DNA from: an uncultured Aequorivita sp.
GTDB lineage: Bacteria; Bacteroidota; Bacteroidia; Flavobacteriales; Flavobacteriaceae
Reading direction: 5' to 3'
Length of the DNA: 64,000 bases
Assembly (NCBI GenBank): GCA_937125455.1
Contig: CAKZLK010000012.1
Coordinates: 50,241 to 114,240, forward strand
Made by a program: the position numbers and the translations under genes. Shown here piece by piece: positions 8,978 through 18,731 of this stretch. The first letter of the stretch is position 1. Each line of letters begins with the position of its first letter. The notes under the pieces are model-generated. The model saw nothing but the letters and a program-made list of their open reading frames with translations, was not told the origin of the DNA and ran no database searches.

Positions 8978-10746
8978 TAGGCGGTTACTAATAAAATAAT
9001 GGTTCCCTTTTTGGACGACTTTATTTTAATTGTTCCCCCAATCTCTCGAGCGCGCTTTTTCATATTGTTAAGGCCATTGCCCATTTCTACTGTATTAGCA
9101 TCGAAACCTTTACCGTTATCGGTAATATTAATATGATATTGATTTTCTTCTTTTGAAATATTAACTTCAATTTCGTCTGCAGAAGCATATTTCAATGCGT
9201 TGTTTACTGCCTCTTGAATGATTCTATAAATGTTCATTCCTTCCACGGACGAAAATACATGGGTTTCATCAACATCTTTGTCAATTTGAAAAGAAAACTC
9301 GGTTGTTTCCGAAGCATTCTTGGCGTGTTCTATAAAGTTTGCAATGCGAGCCTGAAGGTCTTCAAAAGTGATGTTTTCTTTGTTCATCGCCCAAATGGTA
9401 TCGCGAAGCTCATAAATGGTTTGCGATGTGAAATTGCTGATGCTGGTTAGTTTATTGCCCAATTTTTCACTGATATCCGTAAAACCATATTTTAAATTAT
9501 CAATACTGGAAATGATAAATGTAAGCTGTGCGCCAATATTGTCATGCAAATCACGGGAAATTCGAAGGCGTTGCTCCTGCAATTTGTTTTGAGTTTCTAT
9601 TTTAGCCAACGCATTTTTTAGCTCACCTTCTTTTTTAAGTTGGCGATTTTTTAGTTTTTGTTGGTTATAAAGTAAATAACCCAATAATCCCAAAACAAAT
9701 GCAAGCCCTAAACTGCCATAAATAAAAGTGTTTTTTCGGCGTACTTCCAAGTCTTTTTCGGCAAGTTGAGCACGTTGTTTTAAAATTTCATTTTGCTTCT
9801 TTTCAGTTTCAAACTCAATGTTAAGAGCTGCAATGCTTTCCTGCACTTTTATGCTGTGAACGCTATCTTTTACAGAAGAATACTGTTCAAAATAAAACAA
9901 AGCCGAATCTGCATTGTTCAACTTTTTGTAAATATCTGAAAGCATTTTGTAATTGTATTGCGTAAGATTTTGGTATTTCTTTTTCAGCGAAATGAACAAA
10001 GATTTATGCATCAAAGGAATTGCTTGGTTCCATTTTTCTTCTGCCATAAAAACCTCTCCCAACTGGGTATAGTTTTCTGCAATTCCCAGCGAATCTGCCC
10101 ACACCAATCTTTGCTTAAGTGATTTGTTGAAATATTCCCTGGACTTTGAATAATTTTCCTGCAAACCATAAACCCCAGCCATGTTGCTCCAACTATATGG
10201 AATGCCTATGGTATCGTTGAATTTTTGTTTTATTTCTAGCCCGCGATTATAGTAAAAAAGTGCGCTATCCAATTCGTTATTTATCTCTTTTAAAACGCCA
10301 TAATTATTATATATATCCTTTAATTCATTTTCAAAATTATTGGCCTCGGCAACGGCTTTTCCTTTTTGCATATAATAAAGCGCCTTTTCTAAATCGCGAT
10401 ATTTCATGCTATACCCCATTTCAGCGTAGTAATCTGCTACCCTATCTAACTTGTTGAGTTTTTCATAAATTTTTATGCCTTCAATTGTACTTTTAGCGCT
10501 TTCCTCATACTTTCCTTGATAACCATAAACCAAACTGAGTTGCGAGTAAGCGTCGGCCATACCAAGCTCGTAGGAAATATTTTTGGCATCTTTTAAATTT
10601 TTCTGAAATAGAGAAACTATGGAATCCTGCGGAATATTAAGTCCTTGAACGTAGAGTTTGTTTATAGAATCAATGGTTTGTTTGTCTTGCGAAAAGGAAG
10701 CCGTGATACTGAAAAAAATGAAAAGCTGTAGAAGAAATTGCCTCAT
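8977..10746 (-). CDS. sensor histidine kinase, TPR-repeat periplasmic region plus HisKA_3/HATPase_c
   Basis: 589 aa with a signal peptide, TPR-like repeats and a TM segment (IYGSLGLAFVLGLLGYLLY). Also has the H-box RISRDLHDNIGAQL and ATPase motifs DNGKGF and GNGLNNMKKRA. Confidence 0.85.
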   Translation of the reverse strand: MRQFLLQLFIFFSITASFSQDKQTIDSINKLYVQGLNIPQDSIVSLFQKNLKDAKNISYELGMADAYSQLSLVYGYQGKYEESAKSTIEGIKIYEKLNKLDRVADYYAEMGYSMKYRDLEKALYYMQKGKAVAEANNFENELKDIYNNYGVLKEINNELDSALFYYNRGLEIKQKFNDTIGIPYSWSNMAGVYGLQENYSKSREYFNKSLKQRLVWADSLGIAENYTQLGEVFMAEEKWNQAIPLMHKSLFISLKKKYQNLTQYNYKMLSDIYKKLNNADSALFYFEQYSSVKDSVHSIKVQESIAALNIEFETEKKQNEILKQRAQLAEKDLEVRRKNTFIYGSLGLAFVLGLLGYLLYNQQKLKNRQLKKEGELKNALAKIETQNKLQEQRLRISRDLHDNIGAQLTFIISSIDNLKYGFTDISEKLGNKLTSISNFTSQTIYELRDTIWAMNKENITFEDLQARIANFIEHAKNASETTEFSFQIDKDVDETHVFSSVEGMNIYRIIQEAVNNALKYASADEIEVNISKEENQYHINITDNGKGFDANTVEMGNGLNNMKKRAREIGGTIKIKSSKKGTIILLVTA

Positions 10747-10749
10747 AAC

Positions 10750-10992
10750 TTATAGTTGGATTTCCTTTTGGACTATCAATGCTTCACTTAAATTAAATTT
10801 TAAAAAATCGTAATTTTTAAGGCTTTTATTTCTAAAATTTATTTGGCAACTATTACTGGAAATAGCATCTTCCAAGGCCAGAAGATTTTGATTGTGAGTG
10901 TGTATGATGGACCTTCTTTCCTTTAAAAACCAGACAATAAGTCCAATAATGGAGAATAGTAGCAACAAAGAAATGGAAAGTGATAAATACAT
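10750..10992 (-). CDS. small single-pass membrane protein, first gene of the kinase operon
   Basis: 80 aa with an ATG start and an N-terminal TM segment (LSISLLLLFSIIGLIVWFL). Its stop lies 3 nt before the kinase ATG. Confidence 0.45.
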   Translation of the reverse strand: MYLSLSISLLLLFSIIGLIVWFLKERRSIIHTHNQNLLALEDAISSNSCQINFRNKSLKNYDFLKFNLSEALIVQKEIQL

Positions 10993-11045
10993 TGCTGGAA
11001 TTGGTTTTAAAACCTAAAGATAACTGATTTTCATTTTTAATCACA

Positions 11046-11062
11046 TAGGGCAATTGCCTTAT
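11046..11062 (-). promoter_or_regulatory. 17-bp motif copy 2 (TAGGGCAATTGCCTTAT)
   Basis: Identical to copy 1. Lies 54-70 nt upstream of the ATG at 10992. Confidence 0.5.
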
Positions 11063-11111
11063 TTAATTTTGGGATATAAATGTTTCTTCTTCTAGAATTT
11101 CTTTATTTAAG

Positions 11112-11152
11112 AATGATAAAAAAAATAAACCCCATAGTTGAACATGGGGTTT
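11112..11152 (-). terminator. rho-independent terminator after the beta-propeller gene
   Basis: The minus strand reads AAACCCCAT-GTTCAACT-ATGGGGTTT followed by ATTTTTTTT. Confidence 0.7.
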
Positions 11153-11210
11153 CAGAACTTTGGGCGCTCCTCAATTCGCCCTCCGTTTGAAAAATAATCT
11201 GGTTAGTAGA

Positions 11211-13079
11211 TTACTTTTTAAGATCGTATGCAAAAATTGAGTTGTTATCTGCTTTGTAATAAAGCAACCCTCCAATTTCATCTACTATATATTCAGGTTG
11301 TTTGTCTTTAAGCACAATTTCCTTTCCTTTTTCACCGGTATCTTTGCTTAATTTCACGAGACCTACACCATCTTCAAGTTTTGTAAGTATAAACTGGTCG
11401 TCTTTAGTTGCTGCCGTTGCTTTGAAACGTTTAAGCATTTCAGCAATTGACGCTCCTGTTGCGGCAGCCATTCCTCCGGCTAGGTCTGCATCTATCTCAG
11501 ACTGTCTGTCATATCCAGCCAATTTGTTTTGCATAGAAGAGTTTGCGGCGGCCATTGCGGTTGTTGCCGACGCTACTGCTGCTACTCCAGCTATAATAGC
11601 ACCCATAGCGCTTTTACCTGGCGCACGGTAATATTCTTGCCATTGTTTGCCGCCATTCCAATCCATAAGCATCATATTTTGATCGCTTGTCAATAAAATT
11701 CCACCATCTCTAATTTCCACGTGTGACGGAGCTTCCTTGCCATCAAATTTTGATTCGGCAAGTGTACTTACCTCTCCTGAAGTTGCATCAACGGCATATA
11801 ACGTTTCGTCTGCACTTATTAGGTAACGGTTATTCTTTTTGTCCAAAGTTGAGCTTACAGCGCCAGCTCTTTTATATTTTAAAGGTTTTTCCCAAACCTG
11901 ATCGCCAGTTTTAAGGTTTACAATATTAGCATCTTCGGAAGTGATATATATTAAACCTTGTGGCGTTTCAGCCATTGTTAAAATATTCTCTCCTGTTTTT
12001 AATGGCTTTTTGAAAAGTGTCTGTCCGTCAAACGAAATCTTGTTGATTCCACCTTGGTAAATCCCGAAGAGAATACCGTCCTCCATTACATAAAAATGCT
12101 GTACGTAGCCTTTTGTTTTAGGGGCTTTTTCCCAAAGGTCCTCACCGTTTGATGCACTCAAGAATGCGATATTCGATTCATTCTTTGCAGCAAAAACACT
12201 GTCACTCCCTCCATCACTTTGATTACTCACTACCGCAATTCCATTGGGCAAAATTTGAAAATTAACAACCTGACCTTTCACTTTATGGTCATCTTTCCAA
12301 AGCTCGGCACCATTTACACCAACTTTGTGAATACGGGTATTTTTTCCTTGATTTACGCTTTCAAAAGCATAAATTTCTTTTTCTGAAGCATCTGCCACCA
12401 TCCAGCTGATATTCTTCATATCGTTTTCCCATAGGGTCTCACCAGTTTGTGCTTTTTTGGCCAATAATCCTTTCGTTGTTGGCACAATTAAATAATCTTT
12501 TAATAAAAGTACAGCACCACTGGGCTGCATACCGGCACCCATTGTTACTTTTCCGGGATCACCCAGATTGAATCTGTAATCTTCTTTACCAGTGTTAAGA
12601 TCGTAAACAGCAACCGCTGTGGCATATTTTTCTTCTGATCGGCGTTGTCCAGTTACAACCAATTTGTTTTGTGGCATTTTCACATCGCAGCTATAGGCTA
12701 TTTTCCAGCCATTGCTTTCGGTGTTGAATAAAACCTGACCTGACATATAATCTATCACAGATTTTTTGGCCGTTAGGTTTGCAAACCCTCCCTGTGCAAC
12801 AATTACATAAGGCGCATTGGGAATAAAAGTAAGCTCCTCTGGCTTTACCCTTCCATATTCAGTAAAATTAAACAACAGTTGATTGCTACCTGGTTTTATC
12901 CCCACAAGACCATCGTTGGTAGCAACCACCATTGTTCCTCCTTGCGTTAATGACATTTCATTTATTTTTGCCCCAGTATCATATCGAAAATCTGGTTGTT
13001 CTGCTTTTTGGGCAGTAATGGTCAAAGTCGTAAAAAGCACAAGGCTGACCATAGTATAAAATTTAATTGAAGTTTTCAT
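11211..13079 (-). CDS. secreted beta-propeller-like (PQQ/WD-like repeat) protein with Ala-rich hydrophobic C-terminal segment
   Basis: The ATG at 13077-13079 gives a signal peptide (MKTSIKFYTMVSLVLFTTLTITAQ). Repeated motifs of the G..LWE/W.K type. Near the C terminus is the segment AMGAIIAGVAAVASATTAMAAA. Confidence 0.6.
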   Translation of the reverse strand: MKTSIKFYTMVSLVLFTTLTITAQKAEQPDFRYDTGAKINEMSLTQGGTMVVATNDGLVGIKPGSNQLLFNFTEYGRVKPEELTFIPNAPYVIVAQGGFANLTAKKSVIDYMSGQVLFNTESNGWKIAYSCDVKMPQNKLVVTGQRRSEEKYATAVAVYDLNTGKEDYRFNLGDPGKVTMGAGMQPSGAVLLLKDYLIVPTTKGLLAKKAQTGETLWENDMKNISWMVADASEKEIYAFESVNQGKNTRIHKVGVNGAELWKDDHKVKGQVVNFQILPNGIAVVSNQSDGGSDSVFAAKNESNIAFLSASNGEDLWEKAPKTKGYVQHFYVMEDGILFGIYQGGINKISFDGQTLFKKPLKTGENILTMAETPQGLIYITSEDANIVNLKTGDQVWEKPLKYKRAGAVSSTLDKKNNRYLISADETLYAVDATSGEVSTLAESKFDGKEAPSHVEIRDGGILLTSDQNMMLMDWNGGKQWQEYYRAPGKSAMGAIIAGVAAVASATTAMAAANSSMQNKLAGYDRQSEIDADLAGGMAAATGASIAEMLKRFKATAATKDDQFILTKLEDGVGLVKLSKDTGEKGKEIVLKDKQPEYIVDEIGGLLYYKADNNSIFAYDLKK

Positions 13080-13136
13080 AATCGTGGTTTTATATGTTGA
13101 TAGTTCAAAGATGCTTCGGAATAAAGGTGAAATCAA

Positions 13137-13153
13137 TAAGGCAGTTGACGTAT
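13137..13153 (-). promoter_or_regulatory. 17-bp motif copy 3 (TAAGGCAGTTGACGTAT)
   Basis: Lies 58-74 nt upstream of the ATG at 13079. Confidence 0.45.
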
Positions 13154-13280
13154 TTTGTTACGTAGAATGGTGGTTAGTTGTTCATTTAAAATTTCACCCT
13201 TAAAAAAACCGGAAGAAAAACTTTCGTTTATCCCCCGGCCCACGTAAAAACCTCAACATAGAGATTCTCTTTAGCGCTTT

Positions 13281-13799
13281 TTATTGAAAATTTACATTAA
13301 AAGAACCTTCGGTAATTTCTTTAAAGCTTCCATCTGCATTTTTCCCTTTGAAATTAAAAGTACCCTTAATATTCGTAGTCGAAACTTCGGAAACATTTAT
13401 TTCACCCGCTACAGTTTCGTCATATGGAGCTACCCAAGTTTGTGCATCCATAGGATTGGCTACATCTACTTCTGTATAACTTGCATTGCCAAATACATTG
13501 GCACCTCCGCCAATATTATAGGAGCCAACTCCGTCAAAACCACCAATGATTGAAATTGTCATATTTCGTCCATTCATTGTGTTTGCAGTGATTGTTACAG
13601 TACTTGTACCATTTGCATCAATGCGCGTAGCGCTAGTGAGCGCCGCTTCTGAATTATAATCTGATCCAGCTACCTTAGCACTCACCGTACCGGAAGCGGC
13701 TCCACCGGCAGAACCGCCATCATCATCTTTCTTACAAGAAGTTAAACTTATGGCAACAACGGCCATCAATACTAAAATTGTTTTGTTGAATGTTTTCAT
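13281..13799 (-). CDS. lipoprotein of unknown function
   Basis: 172 aa with a lipobox-like signal (MAVVAISLTSC) followed by KKDDDGGS. Confidence 0.6.
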   Translation of the reverse strand: MKTFNKTILVLMAVVAISLTSCKKDDDGGSAGGAASGTVSAKVAGSDYNSEAALTSATRIDANGTSTVTITANTMNGRNMTISIIGGFDGVGSYNIGGGANVFGNASYTEVDVANPMDAQTWVAPYDETVAGEINVSEVSTTNIKGTFNFKGKNADGSFKEITEGSFNVNFQ

Positions 13800-13882
13800 T
13801 TTGTTTGGTTTTAATTCTCCGCCCTAGCGGATACGTGATTATTAGTTGAAGCAAAATTGCCCCAAAAGCAAAGGTTTCACAA

Positions 13883-13899
13883 TAGGGCAATTGACGTAT
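13883..13899 (-). promoter_or_regulatory. 17-bp motif copy 4 (TAGGGCAATTGACGTAT)
   Basis: Lies 84-100 nt upstream of the ATG at 13799. Confidence 0.45.
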
Positions 13900-13936
13900 T
13901 CTTTAGAAAGCAGTATTTGGATGCGGTGGGTAGTCC

Positions 13937-14920
13937 TTAAAATTGAATGTGTGGAAACTGTTTTTTAAGTGCGGAAATTTTCTGTTCCAGTTTATCCAAA
14001 AACTGAAGATTTTCCGTACTTTTTGGGTTGAAAGATCTGTGATTTAAACCACTTTGAATGGAGGCGATTTCTTTTTGAAGAAATTCCGTTTTGGAAGAAA
14101 TCCACACTTTGGAAAATTTTTGCCAAATTATTTCAATCGCTGTTTTGTTTGGGTGAAGCATATCTTCGGCATAAAAACGGTAATCCCGAAGTTCGTCCAT
14201 CATAATTTCGAAAGAAGGAAAGTAAAATAGTTGATGGCTGATGGTTGTTAGTTGTTGCCCTTCGACAAGCTCAGGGTGGCAAATTATTTGGTGGATTGCG
14301 GAAATGAGGTGTGCTTTACTCAAGGTATTTTCCGTAAAACCATCTTTAATGTGCCTCACAGGTGAAACCGTATTTATAATAGTTGCATTTGGATTTATTT
14401 CTGAAATTCGATCAAAAATATTTTGAATACTTTTTGAAATCGTTTCAATTGAAAGTAGCTCTTTCGTAAAATTTTGTTGTGGAAGTTTATGGCAATTAGC
14501 TACAATTTTATTGCTTTCAGTATTTCTATAAACCCACGAAGTCCCGAACGTAAAAATAATATGAGTTGAAGAAAAAAGCGCTTCACGTAAATTTTGAAGT
14601 GCAGTGTTTAAGTTGTGAAGAAATTCATTCTTTTCCAAAGAAGAAAGTTCAGAATGTGCTTCAAAACATTTCCAAATTTCGTTGTGTTGAAAGATGTCTT
14701 CTTCAGAAAAAGCTACATTTTCAATAGTACGAACAATCAATCTTTCAATGGATAGCGGATTGAAAATAACCCCAAACGGATTCTGAAGATTTTGAAACTT
14801 ATAATAATCAAACTTCCCTCCAATATTTTCCGAAAAACAACTTCCCAACAAAAGAATCTTCGAAGAATAATCTAATTGATTTTCTTCGGGCTTTAGTAGT
14901 ATTTCGGTTTGAAGTTTCAT
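13937..14920 (-). CDS. GSCFA domain protein
   Basis: 327 aa. The N-terminal LLLGSCFSENIG matches the name-giving GSCFA motif. Confidence 0.8.
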   Translation of the reverse strand: MKLQTEILLKPEENQLDYSSKILLLGSCFSENIGGKFDYYKFQNLQNPFGVIFNPLSIERLIVRTIENVAFSEEDIFQHNEIWKCFEAHSELSSLEKNEFLHNLNTALQNLREALFSSTHIIFTFGTSWVYRNTESNKIVANCHKLPQQNFTKELLSIETISKSIQNIFDRISEINPNATIINTVSPVRHIKDGFTENTLSKAHLISAIHQIICHPELVEGQQLTTISHQLFYFPSFEIMMDELRDYRFYAEDMLHPNKTAIEIIWQKFSKVWISSKTEFLQKEIASIQSGLNHRSFNPKSTENLQFLDKLEQKISALKKQFPHIQF

Positions 14921-14926
14921 TTTTTT

Positions 14927-14984
14927 AGTATTCAGTTTGCAGTAGCAGTTTGCAGAACTGAATACTGCAACTGCAAACTGCTAC
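14927..14984 (-). terminator. interleaved inverted repeats at the alaS 3' end (probable terminator)
   Basis: A, AGTATTCAGTT (14927-14937), pairs with A', AACTGAATACT (14956-14966). B, GTAGCAGTTTGCAG (14942-14955), pairs with B', CTGCAAACTGCTAC (14971-14984). Confidence 0.5.
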
Positions 14985-17593
14985 TTTATATATTCCTGTG
15001 CTTTTTCCAAAGCCTCATCTATTCCCGCAGGATTTTTACCGCCTGCTGTTGCGAAGAAAGCTTGTCCGCCGCCGCCGCCTTGAATGTATTTCCCAAGTTC
15101 ACGAATAATTTTTCCAGCATCGAGTCCTTTTTCAGTAGCCAATTCTTTTGAAATATAGCAAGCCAGTAACGCTTTACCATCGTGTTCGGCTCCAAAAACC
15201 AAAAACAGATTTTCGGTTTCACCACCCATTTCAAAAGCTAAATCTTTCATTCCACCAGCATCTAAATCAATCTTTTTTGCGAGGAAATTTATGTCGTTTA
15301 TTTGCTCTATTTCAGCTTTCAATTCGCCTTTTAAATTCTTCGCTTTGTCCTTTAACAATTGCTGAATCTGTTTTTGCAGATTGTTGTTTTCTTCCTGCAA
15401 ACTTTCTACAGCTTTTACAGGATCCTGTGCATTGTTCAAAGCTTTTTGAAGCGTCGCGAACGATTCACTTCTGTCAATAAAATATTGTTTTGCGGCATCT
15501 CCAGTAATGGCTTCAATCCTTCTAATTCCGGAAGCAACCGCCCCTTCCGAAGTGATTATAAAATGCCAAATATCATTTGTGTTGGGTACGTGCGTTCCAC
15601 CACACAACTCCATCGATTTTCCAAATTTTATTGCTCGAACGCTATCGCCATTTTTTTCACCAAAAAGTGCGATTGCACCTTCGTCAAGTGCTTGCTGGTA
15701 TGGAATGTTTCTTCGTTCTTCCAAAGCAATTCCCTCCCGTATTCTTGCGTTTACAAAATTCTCAACTTGCTTTAATTCTTCATCAGTCATTTTTGCAAAA
15801 TGTGAAAAATCGAAACGCAAATTTCTACTATGGACCATACTTCCCTTTTGCGCCACATGTTCGCCCAAAATATTTCGCAAACCTTGGTGCAGCAAATGTG
15901 TTGCGGTGTGGTTTGAAGCAGTTCGGCTTCTTTGCTTTTGGTCAACTACAGCTTTAAAAGTAGTTTCGGGATTTCGCGGAAGCGTTTTCGTAAAATGAAT
16001 TATTAAGTTATTTTCCTTTTTGGTATCTACGATATAAGTTACGCCACCATCAGTAGCTTCCAAATACCCCTTGTCGCCTACTTGGCCTCCACCTTCTGGA
16101 TAAAAAGGGGTTAAGTTGAAAACGAGTTGGTACATTTCGCCTTCTTTTTTACTTTCCACTTTTCGGTAACGAGTAATTTTCACTTGGGTTTCTAAAGTAT
16201 CATAACCCACAAATTCCTCTACATCGTCTTTTTCCAAAACAACCCAATCGCCAGTTTCTACTTTGGTAGCTGCGCGAGAACGTTCTTTTTGTTTTTGAAG
16301 CTCAGTATCGAATTCCTTTTCATTTAGAGAATAACCGCGTTCCCGAAGAATCAAGGCAGTTAAATCTATCGGGAAACCGAAAGTATCATATAATTCAAAT
16401 GCTTTCTTTCCCGAAATTTCTTTGGAATCTGCGGTTTCAATTACGTTTTCCAGCAAAACCAAACCTTGATCTAACGTTCTCAAAAAGGATTGCTCCTCTT
16501 CGCGGATAACATTTGTGATTAAGTTCTTTTCAGTAATGAGCTCTGGAAAAGCATCGCCCATTTGTGCGCTCAGTGTTTCTATTAATTTATAAATGAAAGG
16601 TTCTTTTTTGTCCAAAAACGTAAACCCGTATCGGATTGCTCTTCTTAAAATTCTACGAATCACATAACCAGCACCAGTATTGCTCGGAAGCTGACCATCT
16701 GCAATTGAAAATGCAACTGCACGAATGTGATCGGCAATTACGCGGATGGCGATGTCTTTCTTTTCGTCTTTTCCATATTTTGAATTTGTTATTGCACCAA
16801 TTTCACGGATCAAAGGTGTAAAAACATCGGTGTCATAATTGCTCTGTTTGTTTTGCAAAACCATGCATAAACGCTCAAAGCCCATTCCCGTGTCGACATG
16901 CTGTGCAGGTAACTTTTCCAGACTACCGTTAGCTTTTCGGTTGAATTGCATAAATACCAAATTCCAGATTTCAACCACCTGCGGATGGTCGTTGTTTACC
17001 AAATCTTTTCCTGAAATCTTTGCTTTTTCTTCCTCAGAGCGAATATCCACGTGTATTTCACTACACGGTCCACACGGCCCTTGGTCGCCCATTTCCCAAA
17101 AGTTGTCTTTTTTGTTTCCGTTTAAAATACGGTCTTCGGGCACAAATTGTTTCCAAAGATTATATGCTTCGGTATCGCGTTCCAAACCTTCACTTTCATC
17201 GCCTTCAAAAATGGTAACGTAGAGAATGTCTTTATCAATTTTTAAAACTTCGGTCAAAAGTTCCCACGCCCATTCGATAGCTTCCTTTTTGAAATAATTG
17301 CCAAAACTCCAGTTTCCCAGCATTTCGAACATGGTATGGTGATAGGTATCCATCCCCACTTCTTCCAAATCGTTATGTTTTCCGCTAACGCGAAGACATT
17401 TTTGCGTATCGGCAATACGACTGCTCTTGGGTTTTCCATTTCCCAAGAAATATTCCTTAAACGGAGCCATACCACTATTGATAAACATTAGGGTTGGATC
17501 ATTTTTCACGACCATTGGTGCCGATGGAACAATAAGATGTTGTTTTGACTCGAAAAACTCTAAAAATTGGGAACGTATTTCCTTAGACTTCAT
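14981..17593 (-). CDS. alaS: alanine--tRNA ligase
   Basis: 870 aa with the class II core (FTNSGM-like [13 protein letters not shown]), the editing-domain HxxxH (HTATHLLH) and a C-terminal DHHA1-like GGGGG region. Confidence 0.97.
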   Translation of the reverse strand: MKSKEIRSQFLEFFESKQHLIVPSAPMVVKNDPTLMFINSGMAPFKEYFLGNGKPKSSRIADTQKCLRVSGKHNDLEEVGMDTYHHTMFEMLGNWSFGNYFKKEAIEWAWELLTEVLKIDKDILYVTIFEGDESEGLERDTEAYNLWKQFVPEDRILNGNKKDNFWEMGDQGPCGPCSEIHVDIRSEEEKAKISGKDLVNNDHPQVVEIWNLVFMQFNRKANGSLEKLPAQHVDTGMGFERLCMVLQNKQSNYDTDVFTPLIREIGAITNSKYGKDEKKDIAIRVIADHIRAVAFSIADGQLPSNTGAGYVIRRILRRAIRYGFTFLDKKEPFIYKLIETLSAQMGDAFPELITEKNLITNVIREEEQSFLRTLDQGLVLLENVIETADSKEISGKKAFELYDTFGFPIDLTALILRERGYSLNEKEFDTELQKQKERSRAATKVETGDWVVLEKDDVEEFVGYDTLETQVKITRYRKVESKKEGEMYQLVFNLTPFYPEGGGQVGDKGYLEATDGGVTYIVDTKKENNLIIHFTKTLPRNPETTFKAVVDQKQRSRTASNHTATHLLHQGLRNILGEHVAQKGSMVHSRNLRFDFSHFAKMTDEELKQVENFVNARIREGIALEERRNIPYQQALDEGAIALFGEKNGDSVRAIKFGKSMELCGGTHVPNTNDIWHFIITSEGAVASGIRRIEAITGDAAKQYFIDRSESFATLQKALNNAQDPVKAVESLQEENNNLQKQIQQLLKDKAKNLKGELKAEIEQINDINFLAKKIDLDAGGMKDLAFEMGGETENLFLVFGAEHDGKALLACYISKELATEKGLDAGKIIRELGKYIQGGGGGQAFFATAGGKNPAGIDEALEKAQEYIK

Positions 17594-17715
17594 TTGTTAT
17601 AAATTTATGCTAAAATTAAGGGTTGGGCACACTGGCAAACAATTTCTATATTTGTAAAACGTTACTTTTAATCTGCGCTAACCAGCAACGCGCAAAAATA
17701 GCAATTTTTTAACGC

Positions 17716-18693
17716 ATGTCTAAGGTTAAATATTATTACGATAGTGAAACGCTTTCGTACCGAAAAATAGAGAAGAAGAAAGGAAGGAAACTGAAGATTT
17801 TCGTCCTAAGTCTTTTGGGAATGTTTTTGAGTGGTTTTTTATTGCTTTTAATTTATATAAACCTTCCCTCTGTACAAACCCCAAAGGAAATGTCTCTTCA
17901 AAGGGAATTGAACAATATGCAGCTTCAGTTTGAGCTTTTAAATAAGAAAATGAACCAAGCACAAGCTGTGCTTGCTGAAGTTGAAGATAGGGACAACAAT
18001 CTGTATCGTGTGTACTTTGAAAGCAACCCTATTCCCGAAGAACAACGCAAAGCAGGTTTTGGAGGGATAAATCGCTATAAAGATTTGGAGGGGTTTGACA
18101 ATTCAAAATTGATCATAAACACAACACGCAACCTGGATATTTTAACGAAACAGATTGTAGTACAATCAAAATCGTTGGACGAAATAGCAAAACTTGCCGA
18201 GGAAAAAGAGAAACTTTTGGCTGCCATTCCAGCAATTCAACCAGTAAAGAATGAAGACTTGACGCGGATTGCCTCAGGCTATGGCTATAGAACCGACCCT
18301 TTCACAAAAGCCCGAAAGTTCCACTATGGAATGGATTTCACGGCTCCTCGAGGCACCCCTATTTACGCCACAGGAGATGGAGTTGTAGCACGAGCCGATA
18401 ATACAGCAACTGGTTATGGAAATCATATTGTGATAGATCATGGTTATGGCTACGAAAGTCTTTATGGGCATTTATATAAATACAATGTACGTGCTGGTCA
18501 AAAAGTTCAGCGAGGAGATATTATAGGTTTTGTGGGAAGTACCGGAAGAAGCGAGGCTCCTCATTGTCACTATGAAGTTTTTAAGGACGGCGAACGCATA
18601 AACCCAATTAATTTTTATTACGGAAGTTTAACTGCGGAAGAATTTGCGGAGATCTTGAAAAAAGCACAAGAAGAAAATCAATCATTGGATTAA
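17716..18693 (+). CDS. M23 family metallopeptidase
   Basis: 325 aa with an N-terminal TM segment and a coiled region. LytM-type motifs HYGMDF, GYGNHIVIDHG and HCHYEV. Confidence 0.85.
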   Translation: MSKVKYYYDSETLSYRKIEKKKGRKLKIFVLSLLGMFLSGFLLLLIYINLPSVQTPKEMSLQRELNNMQLQFELLNKKMNQAQAVLAEVEDRDNNLYRVYFESNPIPEEQRKAGFGGINRYKDLEGFDNSKLIINTTRNLDILTKQIVVQSKSLDEIAKLAEEKEKLLAAIPAIQPVKNEDLTRIASGYGYRTDPFTKARKFHYGMDFTAPRGTPIYATGDGVVARADNTATGYGNHIVIDHGYGYESLYGHLYKYNVRAGQKVQRGDIIGFVGSTGRSEAPHCHYEVFKDGERINPINFYYGSLTAEEFAEILKKAQEENQSLD

Positions 18694-18731
18694 AATTCTA
18701 AAATTTACAATCAAAGCTGACAACTAAAAAA

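Noticed and set aside
10853-11053. 66-aa minus-strand ORF overlapping the small membrane protein gene
   Set aside because: It overlaps the better-supported 80-aa ORF in another frame and reads through motif copy 2. It has no recognisable features.
15019-17657. Many 60-160 aa ORFs on the plus strand, or in other frames, inside alaS
   Set aside because: They are shadow ORFs within a strongly conserved 870-aa aminoacyl-tRNA synthetase gene. Their sequences are low-complexity or unrecognisable and they have no independent signals.
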